Part shown: positions 28,730 to 43,605 of the stretch, piece by piece
How positions within the stretch are numbered: position 1 is the first letter of the stretch
Layout of the letters: every line of letters starts with the position of its first letter
Origin: the human T2T-CHM13v2.0 reference genome, Homo sapiens
NCBI RefSeq assembly: GCF_009914755.1
Contig: NC_060925.1
Strand: one strand, 5' to 3'
Length of the DNA: 64,000 nucleotides
Translations under genes and position numbers: made by a program
Notes under the pieces: model-generated
What the model saw: only the letters and a program-made list of their open reading frames with translations
What the model was told of the DNA's origin: nothing
Databases searched by the model: none

Positions 28730-29530
28730 TTTATTCTGTCATGCATTCATTGCAAATTATTACCAAACACCAGCGCTGTGCTTAGGTTCTAAGAGGAACA
28801 TGTCCCCTATTCTCATGGAATTCACAGTATAGTGAGAGAGGCTGATAACAAACAGTAATTACTTAATCACAACTGCTAATTACAACTACTGTGAGAATTT
28901 ATAATACAGTGACCTGTCCATTTGGGGATTTCAGGGAATGGTCAAAACTAACACTAGAAGAATGCATAGAAATAGATTAGGTGAAGGGAGAAGGGGAGAT
29001 TGTTCCAGGCAGAGTGAACAGCATATGCCAAGACCCTGAGGTAGGGAGAAGCTTTGTGTGTTCATGGAACTGATAGCTGGAGCCTGATGGGCAAGAATCA
29101 GGGGCCAGATCATTTATGATCCTACAGGCCATGTTAGGGTTGCTTTGTTGGTCTTTAATGCAGCAGGGAACCACTGAAGGGGAGTAATGTGGTTCAGTTT
29201 GGCTGCAGAATGGAGAGTAGAGAGGAACAAGTGCAGGAGTTGGGTTTTTGTAATACAGATAAGAGGTGATGACATCCTGGACTAGAAAGATGGAATAGAG
29301 GAATAAATGGGAGCTATTAACTGGCTACGTTGACAGAACTGACTGATTGGAAATGAGGTAGGGGAGAAAGAGATGTCGTGAATGACACCTAGGCATCTGG
29401 CACAAGCATCTCTTTGGAAGAAGCTGCCATTTACTAGTAGGAGGGAACTTTAGGGGAAGAGAAGATTTGGGAGCACATCCAGATTTCAAAATCTGAGATA
29501 TCAAGAGAGCAACTGTAGCTCAGAGATGTC
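28730..29530 (-). mobile_element. L2
   Basis: GTTCCAGGCAGAGTGAACAGCATATGCCAAGACCCTGAGG and other typical antisense L2 blocks. Confidence 0.75.
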
Positions 29531-29619
29531 TGGCATTTATTAGCGGTCAGTTTATATATAGTACTAAATGCAAGTAGTCTCTTAGTATTTCTCATAGAAA
29601 GTTATCTTAGGAAAAAATC

Positions 29620-30720
29620 CTAGCTGGTAGTAATGCCTGGGTCTTTAAATTTTTCATTAAGTTCCGTTTCCTAATATATATTTTTAGGAGTTTCACATTT
29701 CTATTCATGAGTGAGATTGGTTTAAAGCGATATATTGAAAAGTTTGTTCCTTTTAATACTAGCCCCAGGAGAAGCTCAAGGGGGAAAAAAAGATTCAAAG
29801 GTGAAGTAAGCTTGGGAAGTCCTGTATAGCCTATTCATTTCTTGGAGATTTAAAATATGTATTAGACTATTATAATTTCTGAGAGGTTCTGAATAAAAGA
29901 AGCTTACTCTTAAAATCTAGGGAAAAAGGTATATAAAACTCTCTGAAGCCAGAACTATTGTGGAGAAAATTTTTAAATTTTTTTCCAATTTATCCTGTAG
30001 ATACTGGTCAGATGGGATTTTATTATTTTGGTGTTATATTTCCTATATGTAACATCCATAATTGATACAAATTTACTATCATAAAAGCATACTTAGAATC
30101 TCTTAAGATAATTTAATCTTTTGTCTGTTAACTATATGTCGTCTCATTTCTAATTTTGTTTTCTCATCTTTTATATTACAGAATTCTGTTTTATTGTCTG
30201 ATTCATTAGAGAAGAAACTCCTAAATGTAACAATAACATATTTGGTTCTCCACATTAATTCTTGACTTTATAAAATATTATATTCTTCTTTGCTTCGTTT
30301 TATAATTTTCCAACTTGCTCAATTTAATGCTGACAATCTATTTTTTGTTTCTTTTTAATAATAAAGTGTACCTGATTGTGATTTTGTCTCTGAATAGAGT
30401 TTTGGTTGCATGTTCTAAGTTTCAATACTGTGTGTAAGGTTGTTTAGTAAACAGTGTGTAATTATACTTTTGAGTTACTATTTGACAAAAATTTGCATGG
30501 AGTTTTAATTTATCTGAAGTGGTTTTGTTGTTCTTTCCTATTTAACTTTTATCATAATTTGTAGTTTTATTGTACTGTTGGGTTTTCTTTAACTGTAGAT
30601 ATGTGAAATCAGCAATATTATCTGTAAGGTAAAAGACAATTTATAGTCCTAATTTATTAAATTTATATTATTGACATCATAGGTTTGATGATTAATTTGT
30701 GATAATGTAAGATCTTTGTG
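29620..30720 (-). mobile_element. Highly diverged L1M/L1ME fragments (possibly with a DNA-transposon piece at ~29790-29905)
   Basis: T-rich blocks such as CTATTCATGAGTGAGATTGG resemble antisense L1 ORF2. Confidence 0.4.
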
Positions 30721-30789
30721 TCATTAATTTATTGTCAATAATCTTTGAAGAACTTTGAATGCTGAGAAAATACTGGTGAGACTAGTCAG

Positions 30790-32100
30790 TCAACAAATAT
30801 TAATGAGCACCTACTATATAACATAAATGCTAGGAATATATTGGTGAACATTTAAAGCTCCATCAATGGACTTGTGCTGTAGTTAGATGAGGCAGCAGAT
30901 AGTTAACATACCTAATTTTACATACAGATAATTGTTATGATGAAAACGGAATAATGAAAAGAGTAAGAATGGGTGAAGGGTGGCAGGATTTTAGCTAGAG
31001 GGGTTAGGGGAGGCTTCTCTAGGGGATATTAGTGGATTATCAATGTGAATGAGATAGAATATCATTTCCAGCAAAAGGATTGGCGCCTGCAAAATCCCAA
31101 GGAAGAAACATGCTTGGCATATTTAAGAAACTGCAAATAAAAAGGCCAATGTGGCTGGAGCAGAATGAGGATGGGAAGAATGAAAATGCACATTTGAAAC
31201 AGAGGAGGAAAATGAGGGGGCAAGAAGTCCAGACCTTTTTCCACTCGCCGTGAGAAGTGACTGGAGGATAGTAAACAGGGTGGTGATAAAATATACAATC
31301 TCTGTGGCTTCTTTGTGGCGAGTGGAGCAAGAAAACCATCAAGAAGATGTTATAAGTTGTGATAATCATCCCAATGAGAGAAGATAGTGACTTGGATATG
31401 GGAATCTGTAGGTCAGGGGAGAGATCTGAACTAAGCCACCTTTAAATGATATGAAAGGCCACCATACTGGGAAGATTACCACTGGAGAAATTGAGAGTGA
31501 AGTAGGCCATGAGAGAACCCTGGGACACCCCCAGAATTTAAAGGCCTTTAAGAGGAAGACGAGACAAAAAGAGATTAAGAAGCTGTAGTCAGTGAGGTAG
31601 CAGTGTGGGAGTCAGGCGGGTGTGATATCACAGAAGCCTGGAGGAGAAGGTGTTTGAGGACAGAGGGGGAGTGGTCAACAAATGCTACAGTAAAGCCAAG
31701 TAATGTGAAAACAGGGAATTGACAATTTGTTTGGGCAAGATGTAGATCACATGACCGTGAAAAGCGCTGTATCTATAGAGTAGCAGGATTACAGCCCTCA
31801 CTTGGGTGGACTGAGGAAAGAATAAAGAGGGAGAGAATGGAAAAATAATTCAAGATAACTCAAGGAGTTTTGCTATAAAGGCAAATAGAAATGGGGCAGT
31901 TATTGGGAGTGAAGAAAGGTCTAGAGAAAGTGTGTGTGTGTGCACACGCATACATGTGCGTGTGTACACGTGTGCACGCCTGTTTTCAGATGGCTGCTTT
32001 TAAGGCATGCTAGTATACAATATGAATGATCCAAGCAGTTGAAAGGAAGAAACTGTATAAAAGGAATGAACACAGGGTGGAAGTTCATGCGGACCTTAGG
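30790..32100 (-). mobile_element. L2
   Basis: CAACAAATATTAATGAGCACCTACTAT..AAGAAACTGCAAATAAAAGGCCAATGTGGCTGGAGCAG. Confidence 0.75.
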
Positions 32101-32614
32101 AGAGACAGGACCCCATGTCTCAGTTGAAGGTTTGGCCTTCCATTATACAAGATAAAGGCAGAATCTGTGGTTGCAAATGTAGGTAGTCTCATGGATTTGT
32201 TGGAAAGAAGATGGATTATTCTTATCTGATTATGTATTTTTTCACTGTGAAGTATGAAGCAAGATTCTCCATTAAGTATGAGTGAAGGGTATATTAGAGA
32301 TTTGAGGGAAGAAAATGTATGTAGTAGTAATCATCTGGTAAAGTGAGAAAGCATATTTACTACAGAATTGTAGTAAGGATGTCTGGAAAGGCTGGGTACC
32401 CATTTGATAGTTGTAGTTATAAATCTGAAGTGAGTGCAGTCAGCACAGTTGTATAGTTTTGGTCTTGCATGATTTGGCAATCTGGATACAGGGTCTGAGT
32501 AAGAAAGTAATTTGACTGGAGTTTTAATAAAACTGGTAATGACATAGGACTATGATGTTAGTCTGAATATGCAGATAATGTAAAACAGGAAGAAATATGA
32601 ATATATTTTTTGCC

Positions 32615-33288
32615 AGAATCAGGATTCAGACATCTGAGCAAACTAGAAGGATGGGCCCAGACTAACACAATGAAATATAATAATGCTAAACAAAATTTAC
32701 TTTTATATTTTAAAAAGACTATATGCATTCAGTATAGGAGAGGCCTGGTTTTATAGGAGGTCACGTGCACAGGACCTAAAGGCAGTGGAAATAATAAATG
32801 ATAAAAGTGTTTGAATTTTGTATATTTTTCTTATATATTTACCTTATCTTTGGCATTGTGTTAAGCAAGCTCTTCACATATATAATCCATTTTTCATTAT
32901 AATAAGCCTCAAGTTGATATTATAATCCCCATTTTATAGGTAGGTTAACAGATTCAGAAAGGTTGCCTCAGGCAGTGTCACATAAGATAATAAATGGCAC
33001 AAAATGGATTTGAGCAGGTGTTCATGGTCTTTAATATATCCTGAATTTTACTCATCTTACATTAGCAAATATTTATTGTCCAGAAAACAGGCAAAAGTTC
33101 CACCAATATCTTTTCTTGCATCTGGAGATTTGTGATCAGCTGCTGGCATCTCAGTTTCTGAAAATCCTTTTAAAATAGAACAAATGCATAGGAGAGCTAA
33201 AAGGATGTTGCATTAATTAGAAACCTATTCATATGGGAAACACTTGAAAATATTGGCTGAAGGGTTGGCTTAGAGAATAGAAGACTTC
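32615..33288 (+). mobile_element. L3/CR1 remnant split by a MIR (~32790-33040, minus)
   Basis: ATCAGGATTCAGA..AAACTAGAAGGATGGGC..ATGAAATATAA resembles CR1 RT 'IRIQ.DL..LE.WA..N.MKFN'; resumes at ~33050. Confidence 0.55.
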
Positions 33289-33323
33289 ACACACACACAC
33301 ACACACACACACACGCGCGTGCG
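33288..33323 (+). repeat. (CA)n(CG)n alternating purine-pyrimidine tract
   Basis: Direct reading. Confidence 0.9.
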
Positions 33324-33344
33324 TATATTCCTTACACGCAACTA

Positions 33345-33407
33345 TTAAGTTGGTGCAAAAGTATTGCGGTTTTTGCAAAAACTGCCATTACTTTTGCATT
33401 AACCTAA
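33345..33407. mobile_element. MADE1 (Hsmar1 MITE), central spacer deleted
   Basis: TTAAGTTGGTGCAAAAGTATTGCGGTTTTTG|CAAAAACTGCCATTACTTTTGCATTAACCTAA, flanked by TA at 33343-33344 and 33408-33409. Confidence 0.9.
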
Positions 33408-33499
33408 TATGTGGTTTGTGAAAATGTTTATCAAGTCATGGTTTCATAAATTATACCCATTTTAAATTCACTAGACAAGTTTACTATTTAAAAAAATGT

Positions 33500-33890
33500 G
33501 GAATGCATCTGTTGGAAACATACATTTAAGACCCTCCCAAAAAATGACTAATTAACATATGAAAAAAAGTTTTCATTTCACTGGCAACCAGAAATTGTAA
33601 AATAAAACAGCCATCCAGATATCATGATTGGGCTTTCAGAATAGGAGACGTGAGAAAGGTCATGATAGGTGGTAATGAGGAAGCTGTCCTCCTCATGTAA
33701 TACATGTGGCCGACTGTGCGTGTAGCCTCCCTGGAGGCCAGTTTGGGAATCTGCATTAAATGCCTTAATTAGGTGCAAACCATGTGGCCCAGAAATTCCA
33801 CTCCTAAAAGTTTATTTTTATCAAATGATTCAATAATTGTGCAAAGGAATTTGTTCAAAGATGATTTTGAAACATTGTTTATAATTGCCA
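33500..33890 (+). mobile_element. Old L1ME-type 3' ORF2 fragment
   Basis: CTGGAGGCCAGTTTGG..GGCCCAGAAATTCCACTCCT..CATTGTTTATAAT. Confidence 0.55.
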
Positions 33891-35149
33891 ACATTCACTA
33901 TTTAGGCTCAGATGTTTGAACAGCTGACATAGGTAAGGGAATTAAACTTTGGATTTTTAACACCCAAAGGTATTCTTATGAAATGTTAATGAAAGTTACA
34001 CATACAGTCAAAACATGGTCTCATCATGAGGTCCTGTTCTCTTTAGTGTAACGCTTAAAAGCCTTTTACCTAAGGCATAAAATTTCTCATACTTCTTTTT
34101 TAGCATTGAAGTGACTTATTTCTTTAAACTAAAACACATAGTTCAGCTTGGTTGTAATAGTGGAATTATTCAGAAGCTCATATCTGCATGATTGCAGCTG
34201 AAATAGACTAAACAAAAAAATGCAGTCAGTACAAATTGCTGTGGGTTATCTATACAGCTACAGCATGTGGTGAGAACCTGGAAGCTTCATCGACAGAATT
34301 TATGAGACTTCCAGTAAATCAGCTCAGTTCAGTGTTTTAGACCTGTATCCAACTCTCCTTGGATGTCTAGACACAGCCTAAGATGAGGCTTCGAAAATGG
34401 GTAAAAATGAAGCAGCCAAAGCCACCAGAAGCCTTTGACCCTCTTCTAATGTTTCAACCAGATAATTATTTTCCCTCTCAAGAATTTGGCTATCCTTTAA
34501 GAGGAAAAAAAAATTAAGATTTTCCAGTGAAGAGCCCCTGAAAGAAAATACTCTGGAGAAAGGTCAGTGAGAATGGGCCAAAGCTGAATTCTTCAGATCT
34601 ATTCAGAGAATGTGGAAAGTCTGTGCCCTCTGCTTTCTGTGCCTTCCAGCTGGCCACGCGCTCCCATGACATTTGTCCAGTTCTACCTTCCCCATACCTT
34701 TACATAGTAAAGGAATTCATACTGTGCAGTGGGAAGACCTCCAAATGGAAACCTAATTGATAGCTAAAAGCTATGGTAGAAAGGTAATTAGATAATCAAA
34801 AACTGATGAATTTTGATTCTGTCAAGATAATCCATCACTCTTTCTGCTCTAAAGCAAAGATACAACTTTTGAAAATTTCCAACAATAAACTTTCATGCTT
34901 GGAGAATATATTTCTTTTAAATGTGTCCCTCTTTTAATTGAAATGACTCATTCTGCTTGTTTTGGTTTATCCTTTTAAACTTGAATATCTTAGGTTTTCT
35001 ATAAAAAGTTTAGCATCTGGTCAAAAATGAAAAAGGTGGTTTAAAAAATAAGCACTGTCCAAGTTTATTCCATTGTGTTTTCATTCATTTATTTGTCCAT
35101 TTTCTTATTCATTCAACAAGTGTTTGTTTTATGGAGGCTATAAACCAAG

Positions 35150-35300
35150 GATTGGGGTAGACCCAGATTATGCCACTTATTAGTTATGTGATCTTGGGAA
35201 CACCCTTTAATATCTCTGAATTTCAGTTTCCTCATCTGTGAAACAGCTTTACTACCAACTTTACAGGATTGCTATAAAGAGTAAATGAGATTATTTATCT
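35150..35300 (+). mobile_element. MIR
   Basis: GCCACTTATTAGTTATGTGATCTTGGG..TCAGTTTCCTCATCTGTGAAA. Confidence 0.8.
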
Positions 35301-35320
35301 TTTAAAATGGTAAAAAGTTA

Positions 35321-35628
<308 letters not shown>

Positions 35629-36949
35629 TTATAAGTTTCACTTTCCCCCTTCTCTATTTATTATTTATTACTATACCCCAAAAGTCATACACAACAAAGA
35701 TGGAAATCCTCAAAGACACAGAAAAGTAGAGATGTCAGTCAACGTTTGCAAGACTCATAGATTGAACTGGATTGAAAATCTATCAGTGACCAGTGAATGC
35801 TTTGCCCTGATTAAGAAAAATGAGGCCAAACAAGAAGACAACCCAAAGAAGCCTCTATGTTTCTTCACTACATCAACTTGAGAAACGTGGGCACTGTGAC
35901 AACCAGAAATCCAGAGAGGCAACTTTGAACTATAAGGCCAACTCAAAAAACGAATCCAAGTAAGAATTTACAACGGGGAAGTCCAGGTAGAAGATGCCTG
36001 ATGGTAAATATTTATTCAAGATAAACATGTAGAGTTCCATCTAATAAATGCTTAAATATAACAAAACTGAATACAATTAAAAGAAGGAAAAGATGTGAAA
36101 AAATTCAGAAATAATATGTCAGTATTTCTAGATAGATTAGCAAATGTCATGAAGAAAGCAGCAGAAAGTAAAAGCTTCTAAATTCTTCAAGAAGTCAGAG
36201 ATTATTTTTGTATTCCTGAATTGTATGTGTATATATAAAATATACGTATATATATACAAAAGTGAATTCAAGAATGATTTTAAAAACTGAAAGATAACTG
36301 CTGAAAAATATAGAAGCCAAAAAGCCAGCTTATTTGTTAACAAAACAAAAGAAACAGTCAGCATTTAAAAACAGCAAATTGTATCTCAAAATGATAAAAC
36401 TAAGGCTAAGCACACAGTCATGGCAAGATATAAACATGATTGAAACTTTCCTAATCAAAAATGATGATTTTCTGATTGAGATTAAAACCAAAACCCAATT
36501 ATACTGTTGACATTTATAATAGGACTTTTAAAAAGTAAAACAAATGGAAAAAAATGTAAAAATAAAAGAAGAAACAAAGATAGGTCAGGCAAATGCAAAG
36601 AATAAGTGAAAAGACTTTGAAATACTATACAAAAATATTGTATTATATTTTTGTAATGAAATCAGAACAAAGAACTTCATTTCTATAAACATACTAAAAT
36701 ACTCAAAGTCCTTAGCAAGCAACCATTGATGGAGAATCACTTTTAAGTTATAAAATTAGCAAACATACTTTAAAGATGACAGTCAATATTTATGCGTATG
36801 AGATTCATTACTCAATAAATATCTATGGAATACCTACTAGTGCTGGTCACTTTGTGAGACCTTGGGGTACAGTGTAATCAAATCAAGTCATCCAAATATC
36901 CCTTTTAATTTATTAGAGGGGTTGGAGCAGAGCCACAGGGCAACATTCA

Positions 36950-37332
36950 GTTCACTGCCAAGATGATGCCAGCATTCAGACAAGTCTCTCCACCAAAGCA
37001 CTAGTTGTGTGATTCCTTCTGGACCCCTTGGCAGATGATTTTGATTGCAGGCTCAAAGGCCAAATGGTCTGTAGCCAAGGCCCTTGGGGGACTGGGTCAT
37101 TTCCAGGTTTGAACCTGGGAGCAAGCTTGGTGGATCAGCCACCTCAGTGTCATTCGATACTCTCAAAACAACCCTCCTATGTCTAGGGCTTCATCAGTGT
37201 TTCACAAACTCCTACCTGAATCCTGAGGCTCCCAGAAAGAGACTTCTGACTATACAGGGATGTGGAATTCTTGTTGCTGTAGGGGAATATTAGCAGGTGA
37301 CCTTCTTTTCCACCATCCTGGTGATGTCACAC
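36950..37332 (-). mobile_element. Old L1 (L1MD-like) 5'UTR fragment
   Basis: Ends TTCCACCATCCTGGTGATGTCAC, like the reverse complement of an old L1M 5' terminus. Confidence 0.5.
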
Positions 37333-37550
37333 CTCCCTTTCCAATTATAAGGGTTTGTTTCGTGCTATTCAATAAGATATTATCATTTCCTTAATTTAAA
37401 AAAATTCATTTCTATGTATTTTAAAGGCTCTGCTCCTAATGTGAATGGAGTCTTTTCCCATTTCCTAAGTTATTTGTAGTACTGAGAAAAGCAATTGATT
37501 TGTATATTTTCATCTTGCAGTTAATGTTAGCCTTTTAAACATAGCATCTT

Positions 37551-38990
<1,440 letters not shown>

Positions 38991-39399
38991 CAAGTCCAAC
39001 TGCTGGACGCTTTAAGTGGGCTGGTCCCACAAGTGTGGGAAGGCACAGATGTCTCAGTTGTCATGGGCCAGTAATAGGCACTGCTATGGGAGACTCAGGG
39101 GAGCCTTCTGCATTAGAGTAGAAAAACTTAGCCCCTCCACACCTTCTTAGGACCAGAGAGTCAGGCCCACTTAAAGGTCCTGCAGTCATCAAAGACAGCT
39201 CGACCAAGAATCTGATGTTTGCTGGTTCTTGTCCTAAAGCTAGAAAGTGCCACAACAGATGTCTTGCTCACACCCTGTCTACCTGAGTACCACTCCCAAT
39301 ATCTGCTTGACTTGAGAAAAGAGGACCTGTTTGAACTGAGTAAGAAGTGGAGAGGAAATGGAACACTCCTAAGCCATCATCTTCCCGGAATCCCCAGGG

Positions 39400-40057
39400 G
39401 ATATAATGTTGAACATAAAAATGATACATTTCTCTTTCCATTGGAGTTTATGGGCTAGTTGAGAAGGTAGACATTAATGAAAATACATAACTAAATATAA
39501 AAGCAAGAGAGAAAGAAAAAAAGGAAGGACAGAAAGAAGAAAGAAAGAAAGAGAGAGAGAGAGAGAAAGACAGAGAAAGAAAGAAAGGAAAAGAAAGAAG
39601 GATAAAAAGAAAAACAGATGCATAATTCTGAAATCACAACTGTGATGAGTGCTACAAAGGAAAGGTAAATATAATAGAAAGGGGAAAAATGTATGACAGA
39701 GGAGCTGGCCTGGTAGGACTGTCAGGGAAGTGATGCCTGATGAAGTGATGACTGAGTTGAAATCCCAAGATAGAGTAGGAATTAACTGTGCAAAGAGAGA
39801 TGGAAAGACAGCTGCAGGCAGAGAGCAGCATATTCAAAAGCATTGGAAGTAAGCGTGGCACATCTGACACACGAGGAACTAAAGAAGTCCAAGGTGGCTG
39901 GCACAGAAAGAGCAAAGTGTTCAAAGAAACTGGAGAGGAACATAATGACTGCCCAGACCCTGGGGGCTTTGTGGGCCATCATAGGGAGTGTGGCCTTTTT
40001 CCTAATAGCACATAACCATCGGAGTGTCTTACTTCAGAAGATCATGAAGATTCAGTG
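39400..40057 (-). mobile_element. L2, interrupted by L1; resumes at ~41412-41810
   Basis: GTCAGGGAAG..TGAAGTGATGACTGAGTTGAAATC..GCAGGCAGAGAGCAGCATATTCAAAAG. Confidence 0.7.
39505..39615 (+). repeat. (GAAA)n/(GA)n polypurine tract
   Basis: Direct reading. Confidence 0.9.
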
Positions 40058-40070
40058 CAGATAACAAATT

Positions 40071-41398
40071 TACTTATTTATTTAATATCAACTTACTTTA
40101 TTTTATATGTGCAGGTTTGTTACATGGGTATATCACATGACGCTGAGGTTTGGTGTACAAATGATCCCATTACCCATGTGGTGAGCATAGTACCCAGTAG
40201 GTGGTTTTTCAACCCTTCCTCCCTTTTTCCTTCCCCATCTAGTAATCCCCAGTGTCTATTGTTCCCAACTTTGTCTATATGTGCCCAATGTTTAGCTCCC
40301 ACTTATAAGTGAGAACATGCAGTATTTGGTTTTCTGTTTGTGCATTAATATTATTAGGATAATGGCTTCCAGCTCCATCCATGTTGTTGCAAAGGACATA
40401 ACTTTGTTCTTTTTATGGGCTGCATAGTATTCCATAGTGTATATGTGCCACATTTTCTTTATCCAGTCCACTATTAACAGACACCTAGGTTGATTCAATG
40501 TCTTTGCTATTATGAAGAATGCTGCAATGAACATACAGGCACATGTGTGTTTTTGGCAGAACAATTTATTTTCCTTTGGGTATACATACCCAGTAATGGA
40601 ATTGCTGGGTCAAATGGTAGTTCTGCTTTTAGTTCTTTGAGAAATCTACAGACTGCTTTCCACAGTGGCTAAACTAATTTACATTCCTACCAACATCACA
40701 TAAGTGTTCACCTTTCTCCTCAGCCTCACCAACATCTGTTATTTTTTGGCTTTTTAGTAGTAGCCATTCTAACTGGTGTGAGATGGTGCCTCATCATGGT
40801 TTTGATTTGCATTACTCTGATGATTAGTAATGTTGAGCATTTTTTCATGTTTTTTTTTGTTGCTTGTATGTCTTCTTTTGATAAGTGTCTGTTCATGTCC
40901 TTTGCCTACTTTTTAATGGGGTTATTTGTTTTTCACTTACTGAATTATTTAAGTTCCCTATAAATTCTGGATATTAGACCTTTGTTTGATGCATAATTTG
41001 TAAATATTTTCTCCCGTTCTGTAGGTTGTCTGTTTACCCTATTGATAGTTTCTTTTTTGCTGTCTAGGAGATCTTTCGTTTAATTAGGTCCCTCTTGTCA
41101 ATTTTTATTTTTGTTGTAATTGCTTTTGAGTATTTAGTCATAAATTCTTGCCAAGACCAATTCCAGGAAGGTATTTTCTAGATTTTCTTCTGAAGTTCCC
41201 CACCTACAACCATCTGATCTTTGACAAAGTTGACAAAAATAAGCAATGGGGAAAGGACTCCCTATTCAATAGATGGTACTGGGATAACTGGCTAGCCATA
41301 TGCAAAAGAATGAAACTGGACATTTACCTATCACCTTATAAAAAAATTAACTCAAGATGGATTAAAGACTTAAATGTAAGATCTAAAACTATAAAAAT
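40071..41398 (-). mobile_element. 5'-truncated, 5'-inverted L1 (L1PA15/16-like)
   Basis: Antisense 3'UTR/ORF2 at 40071-41191, then sense ORF2 piece at 41198-41398 ([24 protein letters not shown]). Confidence 0.88.
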
Positions 41399-41909
41399 CA
41401 GACAGCAAGTTAAAAGAGGCCATGGGATTCTGGGAGACCAATGAGGAGGCTATTGTATAATAATAGTCCAAAAGAGAGGTGATTATAATAACAATTTAAA
41501 GAGGACACTTTTATGTAGTAAAATGGAAGACAGGTGATAAAGAGTGAAAGGTGTCCAAAATACCCCTAAAGTATCTGAATTACACCACTAAAATGGGAAC
41601 ATTGGAAGAAGACCAAGTTGTAAATCACCTGTTCAGTTTTTCACATCAAGGTTCCTTGGCAATACTCAAGAGCAGAAGTCAATAGGCAGTATGACTCTGG
41701 GGAAGGTCTAGACAGGAGATATAAACACATGGGCCTTCTGAGTTTAGGTGGAGATGGAGGCTCTTAGGCATAAATAAGCACAACTTGGGAGAGAATAAGG
41801 GAGAAGAAAGCTTGTTAATCTTGTATACTGCTAGTGTGTCTAAATTGGACTATCTTTTCTGGAAAGGTAATTAGGAGTTTTTATTGTTTTAAGAATGATC
41901 ATAACTTTA

Positions 41910-42214
41910 GGCTGGGAATGGTGGGTCACTCCTGTAATTCCAGCACTTTAGGAGGTCGAGGCAGGAGGATAGCTTGAGCCCAGGAGTTCATGACCAGCTT
42001 GGGCAACACAGTGAGACCTTGTCTCTACTAAAAATAGAAAAATTACTTGGGTGTGGTGGCACATGCCTGTAGTCCCAGCAACATGGGAGGCTGAGGTGGA
42101 AGGATCACTTGAGCCCAGGAGTTTGAGGCTACAGTGAGCTATGACTGTGCCACTGCACTCCAGCTCAGGCAACAGAGAGACATCCTGTCTCTAACAAAAA
42201 ACAAAAACAAAAAA
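41910..42214 (+). mobile_element. AluJ, full length, within an old L1ME 3' fragment (~41820-42480)
   Basis: GGAGGATAGCTTGAGCCCAGGAGTTC; GCTACAGTGAGCTATG; (CAAAAA)n tail. Confidence 0.88.
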
Positions 42215-42854
42215 CCTTTAGATCCTGTAACTCTATTTATAGGAATCCATCTTCAGAAAATAATAGTAGTAAATGTGACAAGTGCTCATGGATGAAAATA
42301 ATTATTTAAGTATTATTTATGATAGCAAAACAAAAAGGAAAATTATTTAATTATCTAATATTAGGAGAAGGTTAAATCATCATACATTTATATGAATGAA
42401 TATTATGCTACTATAATCTGACATTTATAAATATTTAATGGTATAAGTAAATGACCATGATATAACAGTAAGTGAAAAAGCATGACACAAGATAATAGAG
42501 AACTAGAGAGGAATAGAGGGTGGGAGGGAGAGAAATAGAACCTCAACTATCTGAAAAATAGGTACAATGAAAGGGTATAAGAAAATAAGGTTATGGTCCC
42601 GTTCCAAGATGACCGAATAGTAACAGCTCTGGTCTGCAGCTCCCAGCGTGATCTACTCAGAAGATGGGTGATTTCTGCTTTTCCAACTGAGGTACCTGGT
42701 TTATCTCACTGCGACCAGTTGGACAGTGAGTGCAGCCCACAGAGGACGAGCCAAAGCAGGGTAGGGCATCACCTCACCTGGGGTTGGGGAATTTCCCTTT
42801 CCTAGCCAAGGGAAGCCGTGACAGACTATACCTGGAAAAATGGGACATTCCCGA

Positions 42855-43022
42855 CTAAATACTGTGCTTTTCCAATGGTCTTAGCAAATGGCACACCAGG
42901 AGATTATATCCCACGCCTGGCTCAGCAGGTCCCACACCCACGGAGCCTTGCTCACTGCTAGTACAGCAGTCTGAGATTGACTTGCCAGGCAGCAGCCTAG
43001 CAGGGGGAGGGGTGTCCCCCAT
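42855..43022 (-). pseudogene. L1 ORF0, truncated to 55 aa
   Basis: MGDTPPPARLLPGKSISDCC..GVGPAEPGVGYNLL within ORF 42855-43094. Confidence 0.7.
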
Positions 43023-43605
43023 TGCTGAAACTTGAGTAGGTAAACAGAGCAGCTGGGAAGCTTGAAGTGGGCGCAGCCCACTGCAGCTCAGCAAGGCCTG
43101 CTACCTCTATGGACTCCACATCTGGGGACAGGGCATAGTTCAACAAAAGGCAGCAGAAACTTCTGCAGACTTAAATGTCCCTGTCTGACAGCTCTGAAGA
43201 GAGCAGTGGTTCTCCCAGCATGATGTTTGAGCTCTGAGAACGGACAGACTGCCTCCTCAAGTGGGTCCATGACCCCTGTGTAGCCTAACTGGGAGACACC
43301 TCCCAGTAGGGGCTGACTGACACCTCATACAGGCAGGTGCCCCTCTGGGATGAAGATTCCAGAGGACGGGTCAGACAGCAATATTTGCTGTTCTGCAGCC
43401 TCCGCCGGGTGATACCAAGGCAAACAGGGTCTGGAGTGGACCTCCAGCAAACTCCAACAGACCTGCACCTGAGGGACCTGACTGTTAGAAAGAAAACTGA
43501 CAAACAGAAAGGAATAGCATCAACATCAACAAAAAGGACATCCACACCAAAACCCCATCTGTAGGTCACCAACATCAAAGACCACAGGTAGATAAAACCA
43601 CAAAG

